Assembly: GCA_963847625.1 (NCBI GenBank)
Contig: CAWKAR010000013.1
Span: forward strand, 120,733-184,732
Length of the DNA stretch: 64,000 nucleotides
Direction: 5' to 3'
Source: a candidate division FCPU426 bacterium
Lineage (GTDB): Bacteria; Oederibacteriota; Muellerivitia; Muellerivitales; Muellerivitaceae
Made by a program: the position numbers and the translations under genes. The stretch's first letter is position 1; each line of letters starts with the position of its first letter. Positions 27,568-37,933 of the stretch are shown piece after piece. The notes under the pieces are model-generated. The model ran no database searches, had not been told where the DNA came from, and saw nothing but the letters and a program-made list of their open reading frames with translations.

Positions 27568-28164
27568 CTAAAGAGATGGCCATTCCAAGGAGGCGATGGA
27601 GCCCTCAAGAGCCCGCGCCAATAAATGGTATCGATTCGGGGAAACGGAGAACGCCAATTGAAGGAAGGAACCGGGCTGGTCGAATACCAATAATTGGAGA
27701 ACGATGGTGTCTTTATTTTGGGCGAGTACCTGCAGGCAGTGGTACTGGTTGAACCGGAAAAGGTCGCTTCCGATGATCCGGCCCAGGCCGGATTTCCGGA
27801 TCGTCCCAAGATAATCCCCCCGAAAGCGGCTGAGGCTTTCGATCGTTAGGTCCCTGGGCCCACCTTCCAGGAGGCCAATCGTCAGGAAATCCCCGGTTTT
27901 GGGATCCTCAAACCGGGCGGCATATTGAAGGGCTTTCGCTCCCTTGCCAGCAGGCCGTTGTTTCCAACCCGCGGGTGGTCGGATGGAATAAAAAGCTTCC
28001 TTTTGGGAGAATTTCTTTCCGAGCATCGGGTCGTCCGCCGTCACTCCCCTCACATTCATGAAATCAATGGTTCGCCGGATATCTCCCGCGAAACAGGGGT
28101 AATGGATAAGAAACGCAATAAAAAGGGAAAGAGGTAAAAATCGCAAAGTGTGTCGCATGGTCAA
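27568..28164 (-). CDS. Hypothetical exported protein
   Basis: 198 aa with signal peptide; YSIRPPAGW is PsbP-like. Confidence 0.6.
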   Translation of the reverse strand: MTMRHTLRFLPLSLFIAFLIHYPCFAGDIRRTIDFMNVRGVTADDPMLGKKFSQKEAFYSIRPPAGWKQRPAGKGAKALQYAARFEDPKTGDFLTIGLLEGGPRDLTIESLSRFRGDYLGTIRKSGLGRIIGSDLFRFNQYHCLQVLAQNKDTIVLQLLVFDQPGSFLQLAFSVSPNRYHLLARALEGSIASLEWPSL

Positions 28165-28471
28165 TCCAATCTACTTGAATTCATTGCCACCCGCAAAGGG
28201 AAATGAACCTTTGCATATCTTTCGAGGTTCAAGAATTTCCGCGCTTTTTGGCGCGGTGATTACCTTGCGCCGAATCCGCATTTTACAGTAAATCTATCAA
28301 TGAGCGATTAAGGCATTTATCATATTCATCAGGAAAACTTTCGGCTATATTCATACGCCAACGCGGAAGCCAAACCCGGTTTTACTGATGGCTGATAAGG
28401 TGAGTTTCCAATTTAATTGAAGTGCGTGGGAGAGAACGCAAAAGGTTTAAGATCCTGAAAGGAGTTTAGAC

Positions 28472-29746
28472 ATGGGCAAGATCAATTCAGTACAAGGGAT
28501 GGAAATTCTGGATTCCAGGGGTAACCCGACTGTTCGGGTAAAGGTAGAACTGGAAGGATGCGTATCGGTGAGCGCGTCGGTTCCCTCGGGCGCTTCCACA
28601 GGCGAAAACGAGGCCGTGGAGTTGCGCGACGGCGACAAAAAACGCTATGGCGGAAAAGGCGTCCTGAAAGCCGTCGAGAACGTCAACAAGGTCCTCGCGC
28701 CCGCATTGAAGGGCCTGGAATCGGGAAACCAGGCGGTACTGGATAAGCTCATGATCGGTCTGGACGGCACCCCGAATAAGGGTAAGTTGGGGGCCAACGC
28801 CATCCTTGGCTGTTCCATGGCGATCGCCCGAGCGTCCGCGGAAGAAGCAGGCGTTCCCCTCTATTCTTACCTGGGCGGGGTCGGCGCCACCCGGCTTCCT
28901 GTCCCCATGATGAACATCATCAACGGCGGCAAACACGCGGACAACAGCGTGGACCTGCAGGAATTCATGGCCATGCCCATTGGGGCTCCCACCTTCGCGG
29001 AAGCTCTCCGTTACGGGGCCGAAACCTTTCACACCTTGAAGAACATCCTACACAAGAGAAACTACTCCACAGCTGTGGGCGATGAGGGCGGTTTTGCGCC
29101 TAACCTGAAGAGCAACGAGGAAGCAGTCGAGGTGATCGTGCAGGCCATTGAGGCCGCCGGTTATAAACCGGGCAAGGACGTGGTTATCGCCCTGGACCCC
29201 GCTGCCAGTTCCTTTTTTGAGAACGGAGCCTATGTTCTTTCCAAGTCCGGCCAGGGCAAAAAAACCAGCAAGGAAATGACTGATCTTTACAAGACCTGGA
29301 TTGAGAAATACCCCATTTTTTCCATTGAGGACGGCTTGGCCGAAAACGACTGGGCGGGTTTTAAGGAACATACGGCGATCCTTGGTGACAAGATCCAAAT
29401 CGTGGGTGACGATCTTTATGTCACCAACACGAAGTTCGTCGTCCGCGGCATCAAGGAAAAATCAACCAATGCCGTCCTGATAAAGCTCAACCAGATCGGG
29501 ACGGTCACGGAAACAGTCGATACAATCCAGCTTTGCCGCAAGGCAGGGTGGGGTTATGTCATCTCGCACCGTTCAGGCGAAACCGAGGACGCCTTCATGG
29601 CCGATTTTGCCGTGGCCATGGGCGGGGGCCAGATCAAGACAGGTTCCGCATGCCGGAGCGAGCGAATTGCCAAATACAATCGCTTGCTGGAGATCGAGAA
29701 GGAACTGGGGAAAGCGGCCTTGTTCAGCAACCCATTCGCGAAATAA
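28472..29746 (+). CDS. eno: Enolase
   Basis: [59 protein letters not shown]. Confidence 0.98.
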   Translation: MGKINSVQGMEILDSRGNPTVRVKVELEGCVSVSASVPSGASTGENEAVELRDGDKKRYGGKGVLKAVENVNKVLAPALKGLESGNQAVLDKLMIGLDGTPNKGKLGANAILGCSMAIARASAEEAGVPLYSYLGGVGATRLPVPMMNIINGGKHADNSVDLQEFMAMPIGAPTFAEALRYGAETFHTLKNILHKRNYSTAVGDEGGFAPNLKSNEEAVEVIVQAIEAAGYKPGKDVVIALDPAASSFFENGAYVLSKSGQGKKTSKEMTDLYKTWIEKYPIFSIEDGLAENDWAGFKEHTAILGDKIQIVGDDLYVTNTKFVVRGIKEKSTNAVLIKLNQIGTVTETVDTIQLCRKAGWGYVISHRSGETEDAFMADFAVAMGGGQIKTGSACRSERIAKYNRLLEIEKELGKAALFSNPFAK

Positions 29747-29769
29747 CAAACCTAACTTTACTGTAAAAC

Positions 29770-29803
29770 AAAAGGCCCCCGGATTTAACCGGGGGCCTTT
29801 TTT
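29770..29803. terminator. Bidirectional intrinsic terminator (eno/greA)
   Basis: AAAAGGCCCCCGG-ATTTAA-CCGGGGGCCTTTTTT. Confidence 0.85.
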
Positions 29804-29874
29804 ATTAACCCGCATTCTTTAAACTCTTCGAGTTCACTTCCTTCCGCGAAATTAGCAGGAAAATGAAAGCAAGT

Positions 29875-30354
29875 TCAACCCACCGCAACCTCAATCTTCA
29901 GGATTTCGTACTGCAAAAGTCCGGCCGGTACCTGGATATCCACCTTCTCACCGACCTTCTTACCGATCATTCCCTTGGCGATCGGGGTCCGTATGGAAAT
30001 TTTGTTCTGGGCAAAATCGGCTTCTTCTTCCCCCACCAACCTGTAAATTTCCCGGCCATTTGTTTTAAGATCCCGTACGGTTACGGCACAACCGATCGAG
30101 ACATGCTCCCCGGTGATATTCTCGTTCTCCAAGATCCTGACGCGGGACAGCTTATCTTCCAGCTCACGGATGCGGGCCTCCAACAAACCCTGTTCCTGTT
30201 TGGCGGCATCGTACTCGGCGTTTTCCGAGAGGTCGCCATGGGCCCGAGCTTCCTCTAGAGCCTTGGCGATCTGGGGCCTGCGGACGGTCTTGAGACGGTT
30301 CAACTCTCCCTGGAGCTTATCACGTGTGGCGCTTGAAACTAAAAAATCGGACAT
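29875..30354 (-). CDS. greA: Transcription elongation factor GreA
   Basis: EARAHGDLSENAEYDAAK...ISIRTPIAKGMIGK. Confidence 0.96.
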   Translation of the reverse strand: MSDFLVSSATRDKLQGELNRLKTVRRPQIAKALEEARAHGDLSENAEYDAAKQEQGLLEARIRELEDKLSRVRILENENITGEHVSIGCAVTVRDLKTNGREIYRLVGEEEADFAQNKISIRTPIAKGMIGKKVGEKVDIQVPAGLLQYEILKIEVAVG

Positions 30355-30472
30355 TCTTCTTCTCCTGATTGAATTTGCCCCGGGACGGGGCGACGGGTGA
30401 AACGTCTGGTCGGCTAGAACCGCCTCTCACTTTCGCAGGTGCGGTACCATACCAGCCCAAGATTATCATCTT

Positions 30473-30949
30473 TTACATCCGGCTTGGCGTTTCAAACCTT
30501 TCCTTTTGACATTTCTGGCACAACCCGTAAAGCATCATCCGATGAGAATTGATCTTGAAACCGTATTTCCGGCCAACCTGCTCCTGAAGCTCCTCAATCT
30601 GGGGATTCAGGAATTCGATATAAGAACCACATTGGGTGCAAATCATATGGTCATGGTGATCCCGCTTGAAGTCGGGCTCGTACTTGAACCTTCCATCGCC
30701 GAAATCCAGCTCACGGGCAAAACCGCAGCCGGTCAAGTGTTTCAAGGTTCGGTATACGGTCGCAAAACCCATATGAGGTTTCTTAGCTTTGGCTTTTTTA
30801 AAAAGTTCTTCCGCCGAGATATGCCCCCGCTGAGCGAGAAAGGTTTCCAGGAGCAATTCTCTTTGGTCGGTCAGCTTCAGTCCCTTTTCTCTCAAATATC
30901 GCCTGAAAACCTCATGTTCCCGGCTTTCCGGCTTGGCGGTATCTCTCAT
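30473..30949 (-). CDS. fur: Fur family transcriptional regulator
   Basis: GLKLTDQR, HISAEEL, GFATVYRTL, HHDHMICTQCG, LYGLCQKC. Confidence 0.92.
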   Translation of the reverse strand: MRDTAKPESREHEVFRRYLREKGLKLTDQRELLLETFLAQRGHISAEELFKKAKAKKPHMGFATVYRTLKHLTGCGFARELDFGDGRFKYEPDFKRDHHDHMICTQCGSYIEFLNPQIEELQEQVGRKYGFKINSHRMMLYGLCQKCQKERFETPSRM

Positions 30950-30995
30950 ACCGGGCTCCTTATGGAATTTGAGGTACCCTGACGATGGGAAAACC

Positions 30996-31430
30996 TTAAT
31001 TGAGCATGACAGGCATCAGAACATTCGACCGGACGACGTGCTGGAAAGCGCCGGCGATATTATCCGTTACATCGCTTAGCGTTTGAAGGAAATCATCCTC
31101 AACATCGCGATTTTCAACCAAGAAGGAGGTTTTTAACAAAACCACCAGCTGTCCTTTGATGACCCTGGAAACCTTAACCATTTCGTTTCGGAAGTAATCA
31201 GGGTGGTCTTTCCGCACTCGTTTTGCAAGCATTTGCCGTCCGAATTTTTTTTGTTTCACCGAAATGGAGGCGATCATTTGGCCCAAGTGGCTTTCCAGAA
31301 TGGCCCGATCGACATGCTGGCCATGGACAAGACGCTCTATCACGACCTCTAAATAGGGAACATGGGTGAAAAGATCACGATACAACTCCAAAAAACATTC
31401 CTTAACGTCGGGTTCCTGCGTAGGACCCAT
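30996..31430 (-). CDS. Hypothetical protein
   Basis: 144 aa ORF co-oriented with neighbours; GGGGG RBS-like run. Confidence 0.65.
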   Translation of the reverse strand: MGPTQEPDVKECFLELYRDLFTHVPYLEVVIERLVHGQHVDRAILESHLGQMIASISVKQKKFGRQMLAKRVRKDHPDYFRNEMVKVSRVIKGQLVVLLKTSFLVENRDVEDDFLQTLSDVTDNIAGAFQHVVRSNVLMPVMLN

Positions 31431-31519
31431 GAATACCCCCGATATTCGTTTAAGAAATTATACTGCTTTTGGATTTTAAAAAAAAGCAAACGTCTTTTCG
31501 TCTCAAGAAAAAGCACACT

Positions 31520-32044
31520 TTAAATTTTCTCTTTTAAAAGTTTGTCGACAGCGGCCTCAAAATCCGCAAAAGGGTGCGCACCGACAAAGGTCATGGCCAC
31601 CTTTCCGTTTTTATCGATCAAAAAGGTGGTCGGAATGGGCCGAATACCGTAACTTTGTATGGTTTCCACTGCGGCTAAACCCATCGGATAGTTGATGTTA
31701 AACGAAGCCATGAATTTATCGAAATAATCTTTCGATTTGTTGTCGTTCACCTCTACCGACAAACCTAAAAGTTCAAGTCCTTGGGCGTGGTATTGGTCAT
31801 AGAGTTTGACCAGGTCAGGTAGTTCCATCCGGCACGGTCCGCACCAAGTAGCCCAAAAATCAAGGATAATGACTTTTCCCTTGAGTTTTTCAAGTGTCAA
31901 GTTTTCCGAGGGGGCATTAAAAAATGTGGCTTTGATCTCAGGCGGAGTTTGCCGTTTTTCGGCCGGAATTAATTCCACGTTCGGACGGGATCCGCAGGCA
32001 ATAGCGCAAAAAACCAAAAACAAAAAAATAAATATTTTTCTCAT
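31520..32044 (-). CDS. TlpA-type thiol:disulfide oxidoreductase lipoprotein
   Basis: IAC lipobox; LDFWATWCGPCRMELP; IPTTFLIDKNG. Confidence 0.92.
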   Translation of the reverse strand: MRKIFIFLFLVFCAIACGSRPNVELIPAEKRQTPPEIKATFFNAPSENLTLEKLKGKVIILDFWATWCGPCRMELPDLVKLYDQYHAQGLELLGLSVEVNDNKSKDYFDKFMASFNINYPMGLAAVETIQSYGIRPIPTTFLIDKNGKVAMTFVGAHPFADFEAAVDKLLKEKI

Positions 32045-32155
32045 AAAATTTGCCTACCCCATTTCCATTGTCCGCGGTCTCAGCGGTGGAGCCCTCCGGA
32101 CATTCATCCATAATCGGGGCAGGCACTGCCGGTTACTATTTCTAAAATTAGCTCT

Positions 32156-32878
32156 TTAAAAAAAACCCATATATTGAATACGCACGATCCTGGAAAAAAG
32201 CCCGGACCGGTTGATATCCCTGAAATCCACCCCAACCCTCAAGGGTTTATCCACATTAAAAAGGATATTGCCGTTGAATTGCCAGTCATCATTTAAGATT
32301 TTGTCCAATTCCAAATTGAGCGCCAGGGGAGGGGCCAGGGCGAAGGAAGTCCCAAAAAAGGCGCCCAAGTCGCGGCTAGTTTTGAAATCGTTAAAAGATA
32401 CAACATTCATACCACCATTCAATTGAATATAGCCTGCGTGGGGGAATTCCTTGCTGGCGGCCAAGTAAAGCCCCTTTTGAGTGCCGGGATAAAACCGGCC
32501 TTCCGCCTCGGATCCGTATCCCCGATCATCCCAACCCAATGCCATGGCAAGGGGGGTGGATTTCTCGTCCAAGAACCGGAACTTTAAGGCCAGTCGCGGT
32601 GTTTGAATCTGGATATCCCCCGAGCCTATCATGTTGGTGCCATTGGCGGAAAAGCCGAACATGAACATATCCTTGAATCCGACATTTCCCCGCAGGAAAA
32701 GCCCGCCGTTCTCGTAAATGCGGGTGACCAGGTCATAACCCCCGTGCATCAATGTGTAGGCTGTAGGAGCCTCCACCATCTCGTAATTGGTCGGGGGTGA
32801 GACGTCTTCACCCTTGGCCCAAAGACCGGAGATGCCAAGGAATAAAAGGAATATGAGTGAAAGTATTATTCTTTTAAT
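32156..32878 (-). CDS. Outer-membrane beta-barrel (YjbH-like) protein, probable ATT start
   Basis: Frame is open 33 codons upstream of ATG 32779 and encodes a signal peptide. AGGAGG lies 6 nt before ATT at 32878. Terminal F. Confidence 0.65.
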   Translation of the reverse strand: MKRIILSLIFLLFLGISGLWAKGEDVSPPTNYEMVEAPTAYTLMHGGYDLVTRIYENGGLFLRGNVGFKDMFMFGFSANGTNMIGSGDIQIQTPRLALKFRFLDEKSTPLAMALGWDDRGYGSEAEGRFYPGTQKGLYLAASKEFPHAGYIQLNGGMNVVSFNDFKTSRDLGAFFGTSFALAPPLALNLELDKILNDDWQFNGNILFNVDKPLRVGVDFRDINRSGLFSRIVRIQYMGFF

Positions 32879-32976
32879 GGAAGACCTCCTTTGAGGTCAA
32901 TTGTAGGATGAATGAACCCAATGTCAATCCAGGAAACATTATCCATAAAAGGCAAAAGCGGTATGACGCGTTTCGT

Positions 32977-33780
32977 TTAATATTTTTCGATCAACACTTT
33001 TTTCACTTTATGGATATTGCGGCCCAAAAATCTTTGCGCATGCTCCCGGAATTTTCTGGAAAGATCGCTGACATAATATGTTTCGCCTCCGTGGCCCGAA
33101 ATCTCGATGCCGTGGGCTTCCAGATTTCGCCGCAGACTGCGAGCGGTTTCATCCGCCGAGTCGACTATCTTGACTTTTTTTCCCACAATTTTGGAAAAAG
33201 TCCGTTTTAAAAGCGGGTAGTGGGTGCAGCCTAAAAGCAGGGTGTCAATGCCTGCCTTCAAGAGAGGAGCGAGGTATTCCTTCGAGATGGTTTCCGTAAC
33301 AGGCCCTGACAGTTTGCCTTCTTCCACCAGCGGCACGAATAAGGGGCATGATCGCGCCATGACACGGGCCCCCGGCATCAGCTCCAAAATGGCCTTTGGG
33401 TAGGCCCCGGAAAATATGGTCCCCTCCGTGCCGATGACCCCGATTTTCCCGCTCCTCGTCGCTGCCACCGCCGCGGCCGCGCCGGGCATGATCACTTCCA
33501 AGATCGGGATATCAAACTCCTTACGCAGGTCCTTGACGGCCCAAGCCGAGGAGGTGTTGCAGGCTACGACCACCGCCTTGACCCTCTCCCGCTTCAGAAG
33601 AAATCGTATGATCTGGCGAGCATAACGGAGGATGGTATCCCTGCTTTTTGAACCGTACGGAATTCGGGCGGTATCCCCAAAATATGCGAGTTTCTCCCTA
33701 GGCAACTCTTTCCGGATGGCCCGAACAACGGTCAGACCACCGAGTCCCGAGTCGAATATACCGATAGGACGGTTTTTCAT
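32977..33780 (-). CDS. murI: Glutamate racemase
   Basis: IGIFDSGLGGLTV, DTARIPYG, VACNTSS, LGCTHYP. Confidence 0.97.
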   Translation of the reverse strand: MKNRPIGIFDSGLGGLTVVRAIRKELPREKLAYFGDTARIPYGSKSRDTILRYARQIIRFLLKRERVKAVVVACNTSSAWAVKDLRKEFDIPILEVIMPGAAAAVAATRSGKIGVIGTEGTIFSGAYPKAILELMPGARVMARSCPLFVPLVEEGKLSGPVTETISKEYLAPLLKAGIDTLLLGCTHYPLLKRTFSKIVGKKVKIVDSADETARSLRRNLEAHGIEISGHGGETYYVSDLSRKFREHAQRFLGRNIHKVKKVLIEKY

Positions 33781-33865
33781 GAATTCGGCCTGTGGATAAA
33801 TGCAGATATTTGCAAAGACATTGAGTTATTTTTCACTGATTAAACCGAAACAAGTTTGGTAACAT

Positions 33866-35470
33866 TTAGGTGTTTTTCTTTCTTTTTTTTACTCCAAAAG
33901 AACCGCCATCCTTGAGAAGTTTATAGTCGATGGAATCAACAAGAGCCTCCCACGAGGCCTCGATGATGTTTTCTGATACGCCCACTGTGTTCCAGGAATT
34001 CTTTTCGTCTCCGCTTTCGATTAAAACCCGCACCTTGGCAGCAGTACCTTCCTTGGCGTCCAGAACCCGGACTTTGAAATCCGTCAGCCGGACTTTGCCT
34101 AGAGAAGGATAGAATTTCACGAGTGCCTTGCGCAAAGCCTGGTCAAGCGCATTAACGGGTCCGTCCCCTTCTCCCACGGTGTTCTCCAGGATGCCATTCA
34201 CCTTGAGTTTGATGGTAGCTTCCGAAATCAACTTTCCGTCTCCCCGGTTTTCATCGATCACCCGAAAACCCACCAGATCAAAGAAATGATGGTGGTGTCC
34301 CAAAGCTTTTTTCAAGAGAATCTCGAATGAAGCTTCCGCTTCCTCGAACTGGTAGCCTTCGTTCTCCAATTTTTTTATCCGGTCGATGACCGCCCGCGCT
34401 TCGGGCGCCCCCTTTTTCAAGTGGATGCGTTTGTCCAATGCCTTATGGTGCAAGACCGCAAGGCCAGCCTGATCAGACATGAGGATGTTGCGGTCATTCC
34501 CAACGGCGGCCGGGTCAATATGCTCGTAGCTTTTTGTGGCTTTACGAACCGCCGAGATATGCACTCCGGCCTTGTGGGTAAAAGCGCTCTTGCTCACGTA
34601 AGGCGCATTCTCGCGCGGGTGCATGTTGCAGATCTCATCCACCTGGCGGGATGATTCAGTGAGTTTTTCCAGGTGGAGAGGCCGGACAAAATCCAGTTTC
34701 GCCTTGAGCGCCAAGGCCGGGATCAGGGAGGTCAGGTTTGCGTTTCCACATCGCTCCCCATAGCCGTTCAGGCACCCTTGGACCTGCGTCACCCCGGCCG
34801 AAACCGCAGCCAAGCTATTTGCCACCCCTAGGTCACCGTCATTGTGGCAATGGATACCTAATTCCGATCCTGGAAACTTCCTTTGTGCCGCGCTCGTGGC
34901 CGATCGAACTTCCTCTGGGAGGGCACCCCCGTTGGTGTCGCATAAAACCAGGCAATCGGCGCCTCCCTTCAGGGCCGCCTCGAGGCACCTCAGGGCGTAA
35001 TCGGGATTGGATTTGTACCCGTCAAAAAAATGCTCGGCATCATAAAAAACTTTTTCGAAACGCGGTTTCAGAAATTTTAAGGAATCATAAATAATCTCAA
35101 GGTTTTCCTCCCGCGAAACTTTGAGAGTATGGTCTACGTGAAAATCCCAGCTCTTTCCGAATAGGGTAGCCGTGGAAACGCCGGATTTTATCAAGCCCAG
35201 AAGGCCGGGATCCTTGGAGGCCCGGTTTTTAGCCCTACGGGTCATCCCGAAAACAGCTACTTTCGAGTTATGAAATTTGATCTTTTTCACTTCCTGAAAA
35301 AAAACGTCATCCTTGGGGTTGGCGCCAGGCCAGCCCCCCTCGATGTAATGAACGCCCAACTCATCTAAAATTCGCGCCAAGCGAAGCTTGTCCTGAACCG
35401 AAAGAGTGATTCCCCGGGTTTGAGGCCCTTCCCTTAAAAGAGCGTCGTAAATTACAATTTTTTTGTCCAC
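33866..35470 (-). CDS. cimA: Citramalate synthase (LeuA/CimA family)
   Basis: EGGWPGANPKD, FGKSWDFHV, YDAEHFFDGYK, LCDTNGG, HCHND, GYGERCGNANL, C-terminal regulatory domain. Confidence 0.9.
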   Translation of the reverse strand: MDKKIVIYDALLREGPQTRGITLSVQDKLRLARILDELGVHYIEGGWPGANPKDDVFFQEVKKIKFHNSKVAVFGMTRRAKNRASKDPGLLGLIKSGVSTATLFGKSWDFHVDHTLKVSREENLEIIYDSLKFLKPRFEKVFYDAEHFFDGYKSNPDYALRCLEAALKGGADCLVLCDTNGGALPEEVRSATSAAQRKFPGSELGIHCHNDGDLGVANSLAAVSAGVTQVQGCLNGYGERCGNANLTSLIPALALKAKLDFVRPLHLEKLTESSRQVDEICNMHPRENAPYVSKSAFTHKAGVHISAVRKATKSYEHIDPAAVGNDRNILMSDQAGLAVLHHKALDKRIHLKKGAPEARAVIDRIKKLENEGYQFEEAEASFEILLKKALGHHHHFFDLVGFRVIDENRGDGKLISEATIKLKVNGILENTVGEGDGPVNALDQALRKALVKFYPSLGKVRLTDFKVRVLDAKEGTAAKVRVLIESGDEKNSWNTVGVSENIIEASWEALVDSIDYKLLKDGGSFGVKKRKKNT

Positions 35471-35543
35471 TGTCTTATCCTCAAATCAAAACTTAAAAAC
35501 CTACTATCGAAAAAATCAAGTTTCATCATTTCAAAATTAAGTT

Positions 35544-36779
35544 TTATCTCCGTTCGCTGGTGGGTTTTTTCCCAAGCTTGAACTTGTCGTGGATGGCTTG
35601 GACAGCCTTGGCCACGTCCTTCTGGTCGATGACCACGGAGATTTTTATCTCCGAGGTGGAAATCATCTGTATATTCACTCCGTTCTGAGCCAGTGCTTGA
35701 AACATCTTGGCCGCGACCCCCGAGTGTGACCTCATACCTACGCCGACCACCGAAACCTTGGCGATGTTCTCGTCGTAAAGCACTCCGGCCGGCTTGAGGG
35801 TTTTCGAGATCTCGTTTACGACTCTCATGGTTTTCTTGAGTTCCGAGCAGTCCACGGTGAAAGACATATCCGAGTGACCCTTTTCCCCGATGTTTTGGAT
35901 GATCATGTCCACGTTGACTTCGGCGTTCCCCAATTTTGAAAATAGCGTGGAGGCGATCCCCGGCCGGTCGGGCACTCCCCGGACAGTCACCTTGGCCTCG
36001 TTTTTATTGTAGGTCACCCCGCTGATGACCACTTTTTCCATGGCTTTTGTTTCCTGCATAACAAATGTTCCTTCCTTTTCATTGAATGTGGGGCGTACAT
36101 GGATCTTGATGTGAAAATTCTTCGCGAACTCCACCGAACGGGCGTTCAGAACCTGCGCCCCCGCGCTGGCCATCTCTAGCATTTCATCGTAGCTCACGGC
36201 GGAAAGTTTTCGAGCGTCCTTCACGATGGAAGGATTAGCCGTGAATATGCCATCCACGTCCTTGTAAAACTCGCAAACATCCGCTTTCAGTGCCCCGGCG
36301 ATAGCCACCGCTGTCAGATCGCTCCCCCCCCTCCCCAGGGTGGTGATTTCGTGTTCTTTGTTCTCGCCCTGGAATCCTGCCACGATGACCACCTTGCCCA
36401 ACCTGAGCGCAGAGCGGATTTTAGAATCCCCCACCCTCACAATCCGGGCCTTGGTGTGCACATCGTCGGTGACAATGCCCACCTGTGGACCGGTGAAGGA
36501 AATGGCGTCACAGCCGAGGCTATTAAGAGCGATGGAAAGAAGCGCGATGGACTGCTGCTCGCCGGTGGCCAAGAGGACATCCATTTCCCTTTCGTCGGGG
36601 ATGTCGGTAAGCTTATGAGCCATGGAAATGAGATCGTCCGTGGTGTCTCCTGGAGCCGAAACCACCACGACAACATCGTGGCCTCTCTTGCGGTTCCTGG
36701 CGATTCTTCTGGCCACTTCCATCATCTTGGAGGCGTCAGCAACCGATGAACCTCCGTATTTTTGCACGATTAAAGCCAT
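35544..36779 (-). CDS. lysC: Aspartate kinase
   Basis: MALIVQKYGGSSV, TTLGRGGSD, two ACT domains, ISTSEIKIS. Confidence 0.96.
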   Translation of the reverse strand: MALIVQKYGGSSVADASKMMEVARRIARNRKRGHDVVVVVSAPGDTTDDLISMAHKLTDIPDEREMDVLLATGEQQSIALLSIALNSLGCDAISFTGPQVGIVTDDVHTKARIVRVGDSKIRSALRLGKVVIVAGFQGENKEHEITTLGRGGSDLTAVAIAGALKADVCEFYKDVDGIFTANPSIVKDARKLSAVSYDEMLEMASAGAQVLNARSVEFAKNFHIKIHVRPTFNEKEGTFVMQETKAMEKVVISGVTYNKNEAKVTVRGVPDRPGIASTLFSKLGNAEVNVDMIIQNIGEKGHSDMSFTVDCSELKKTMRVVNEISKTLKPAGVLYDENIAKVSVVGVGMRSHSGVAAKMFQALAQNGVNIQMISTSEIKISVVIDQKDVAKAVQAIHDKFKLGKKPTSERR

Positions 36780-36870
36780 AGTTCACCTTTAGCGAATTGA
36801 TCATTCAACAATCTATTGAGCGTCGATAGGCGTAAATTTCCGAGCCGTGAAAATAGCAACTATTCTAAAT

Positions 36871-37932
36871 TCAAAATTTTAGGGCTCCTAGTATTTCGCC
36901 CATCTCTGGTTTTACTACCTGCGGTTTCTCGCTAAGGGCAACCGCGCGGTCGGGGTCTTTCAAACCGTGACCCGTCAGGGTGCAGACGATACGCCTTTGT
37001 CCATCTGAGAAATAACCATCCCGGTTCTTCTTAATCACCCCAGCCAGGGACGCCGCCGAAGCCGGTTCGCAAAAGAGACCCTCTAGGGACGCTAGCATCC
37101 GGTAAGCTTCCAGGATCTCCTCGTCGGTCACCGCCTCGATGACCCCTTTCGACTCGTCTCGGGCTTCCTCGGCCCTTTTCCAGGAAAAAGGATTACCGAT
37201 CTTAATGGCGGTCGCGATGGTCTCGGGCCGTTCAATCACGCGTTTGTTCACAATGGGTGCTGCGCCCGCAGCCTGGAAGCCGCACATGCGGGGCAACCCT
37301 TGGGCAAAACCCTTTTCTCGGTATTCCCGGTAGCCCATCCAATAGGCGGTGATATTACCAGCGTTCCCCACCGGGATGCAGTGGTACTCGGGAGCGTCAC
37401 CCAGAACGTCCACGATTTCAAAAGCAGCTGTTTTCTGACCCTGGAGACGGAATGGGTTGTTCGAGTTTACCATGGTCACGGGGTGCTTCTCCGCCAATTC
37501 GCGGGTGAGTTTCAGGGCCTCGTCGAAACTACCCTCCACTGCCACCACCTTGGCGCCGTAAATCATGGACTGGGCCAGTTTTCCCAAGGCAATGGACCCA
37601 TGTGGGAGAAATACCGCGCAAGAGATGCCAGCGTGGGCAGCATAGGCGGCGGCCGAAGCCGATGTATTACCCGTGGAGGCGCATACGACGACCTTCGCAC
37701 CCTCCTCCATGGCCTTGGACATGGCCATGGTCATCCCCCGGTCCTTGAAAGACCCGGTGGGATTCATTCCTTCGAACTTAAAAAACAGTTTGAGCCCGTT
37801 TCCCAGCTTTTCCGAGATCCGCTTGGCGAAAAAGAGAGGAGTCCCCCCTTCCAGGAGCGTGACAATGGGTGTTTTGGGGGTAACCGGCAAGAAGGACCGG
37901 TATTGCTCAATAACGCCTTTCCAGTGGGCCAT
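36871..37932 (-). CDS. thrC: Threonine synthase
   Basis: [39 protein letters not shown]. Confidence 0.96.
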   Translation of the reverse strand: MAHWKGVIEQYRSFLPVTPKTPIVTLLEGGTPLFFAKRISEKLGNGLKLFFKFEGMNPTGSFKDRGMTMAMSKAMEEGAKVVVCASTGNTSASAAAYAAHAGISCAVFLPHGSIALGKLAQSMIYGAKVVAVEGSFDEALKLTRELAEKHPVTMVNSNNPFRLQGQKTAAFEIVDVLGDAPEYHCIPVGNAGNITAYWMGYREYREKGFAQGLPRMCGFQAAGAAPIVNKRVIERPETIATAIKIGNPFSWKRAEEARDESKGVIEAVTDEEILEAYRMLASLEGLFCEPASAASLAGVIKKNRDGYFSDGQRRIVCTLTGHGLKDPDRAVALSEKPQVVKPEMGEILGALKF

Positions 37933-37933
37933 A

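Noticed and set aside
28330..28460. Fluoride riboswitch upstream of eno
   Set aside because: Only a CTGATGGC fragment is present; the 5' GGxGATGG element and pseudoknot pairing are not seen.
30360..30460. Structured greA leader RNA
   Set aside because: Short stems and a GAAA loop are visible, but no family can be supported.
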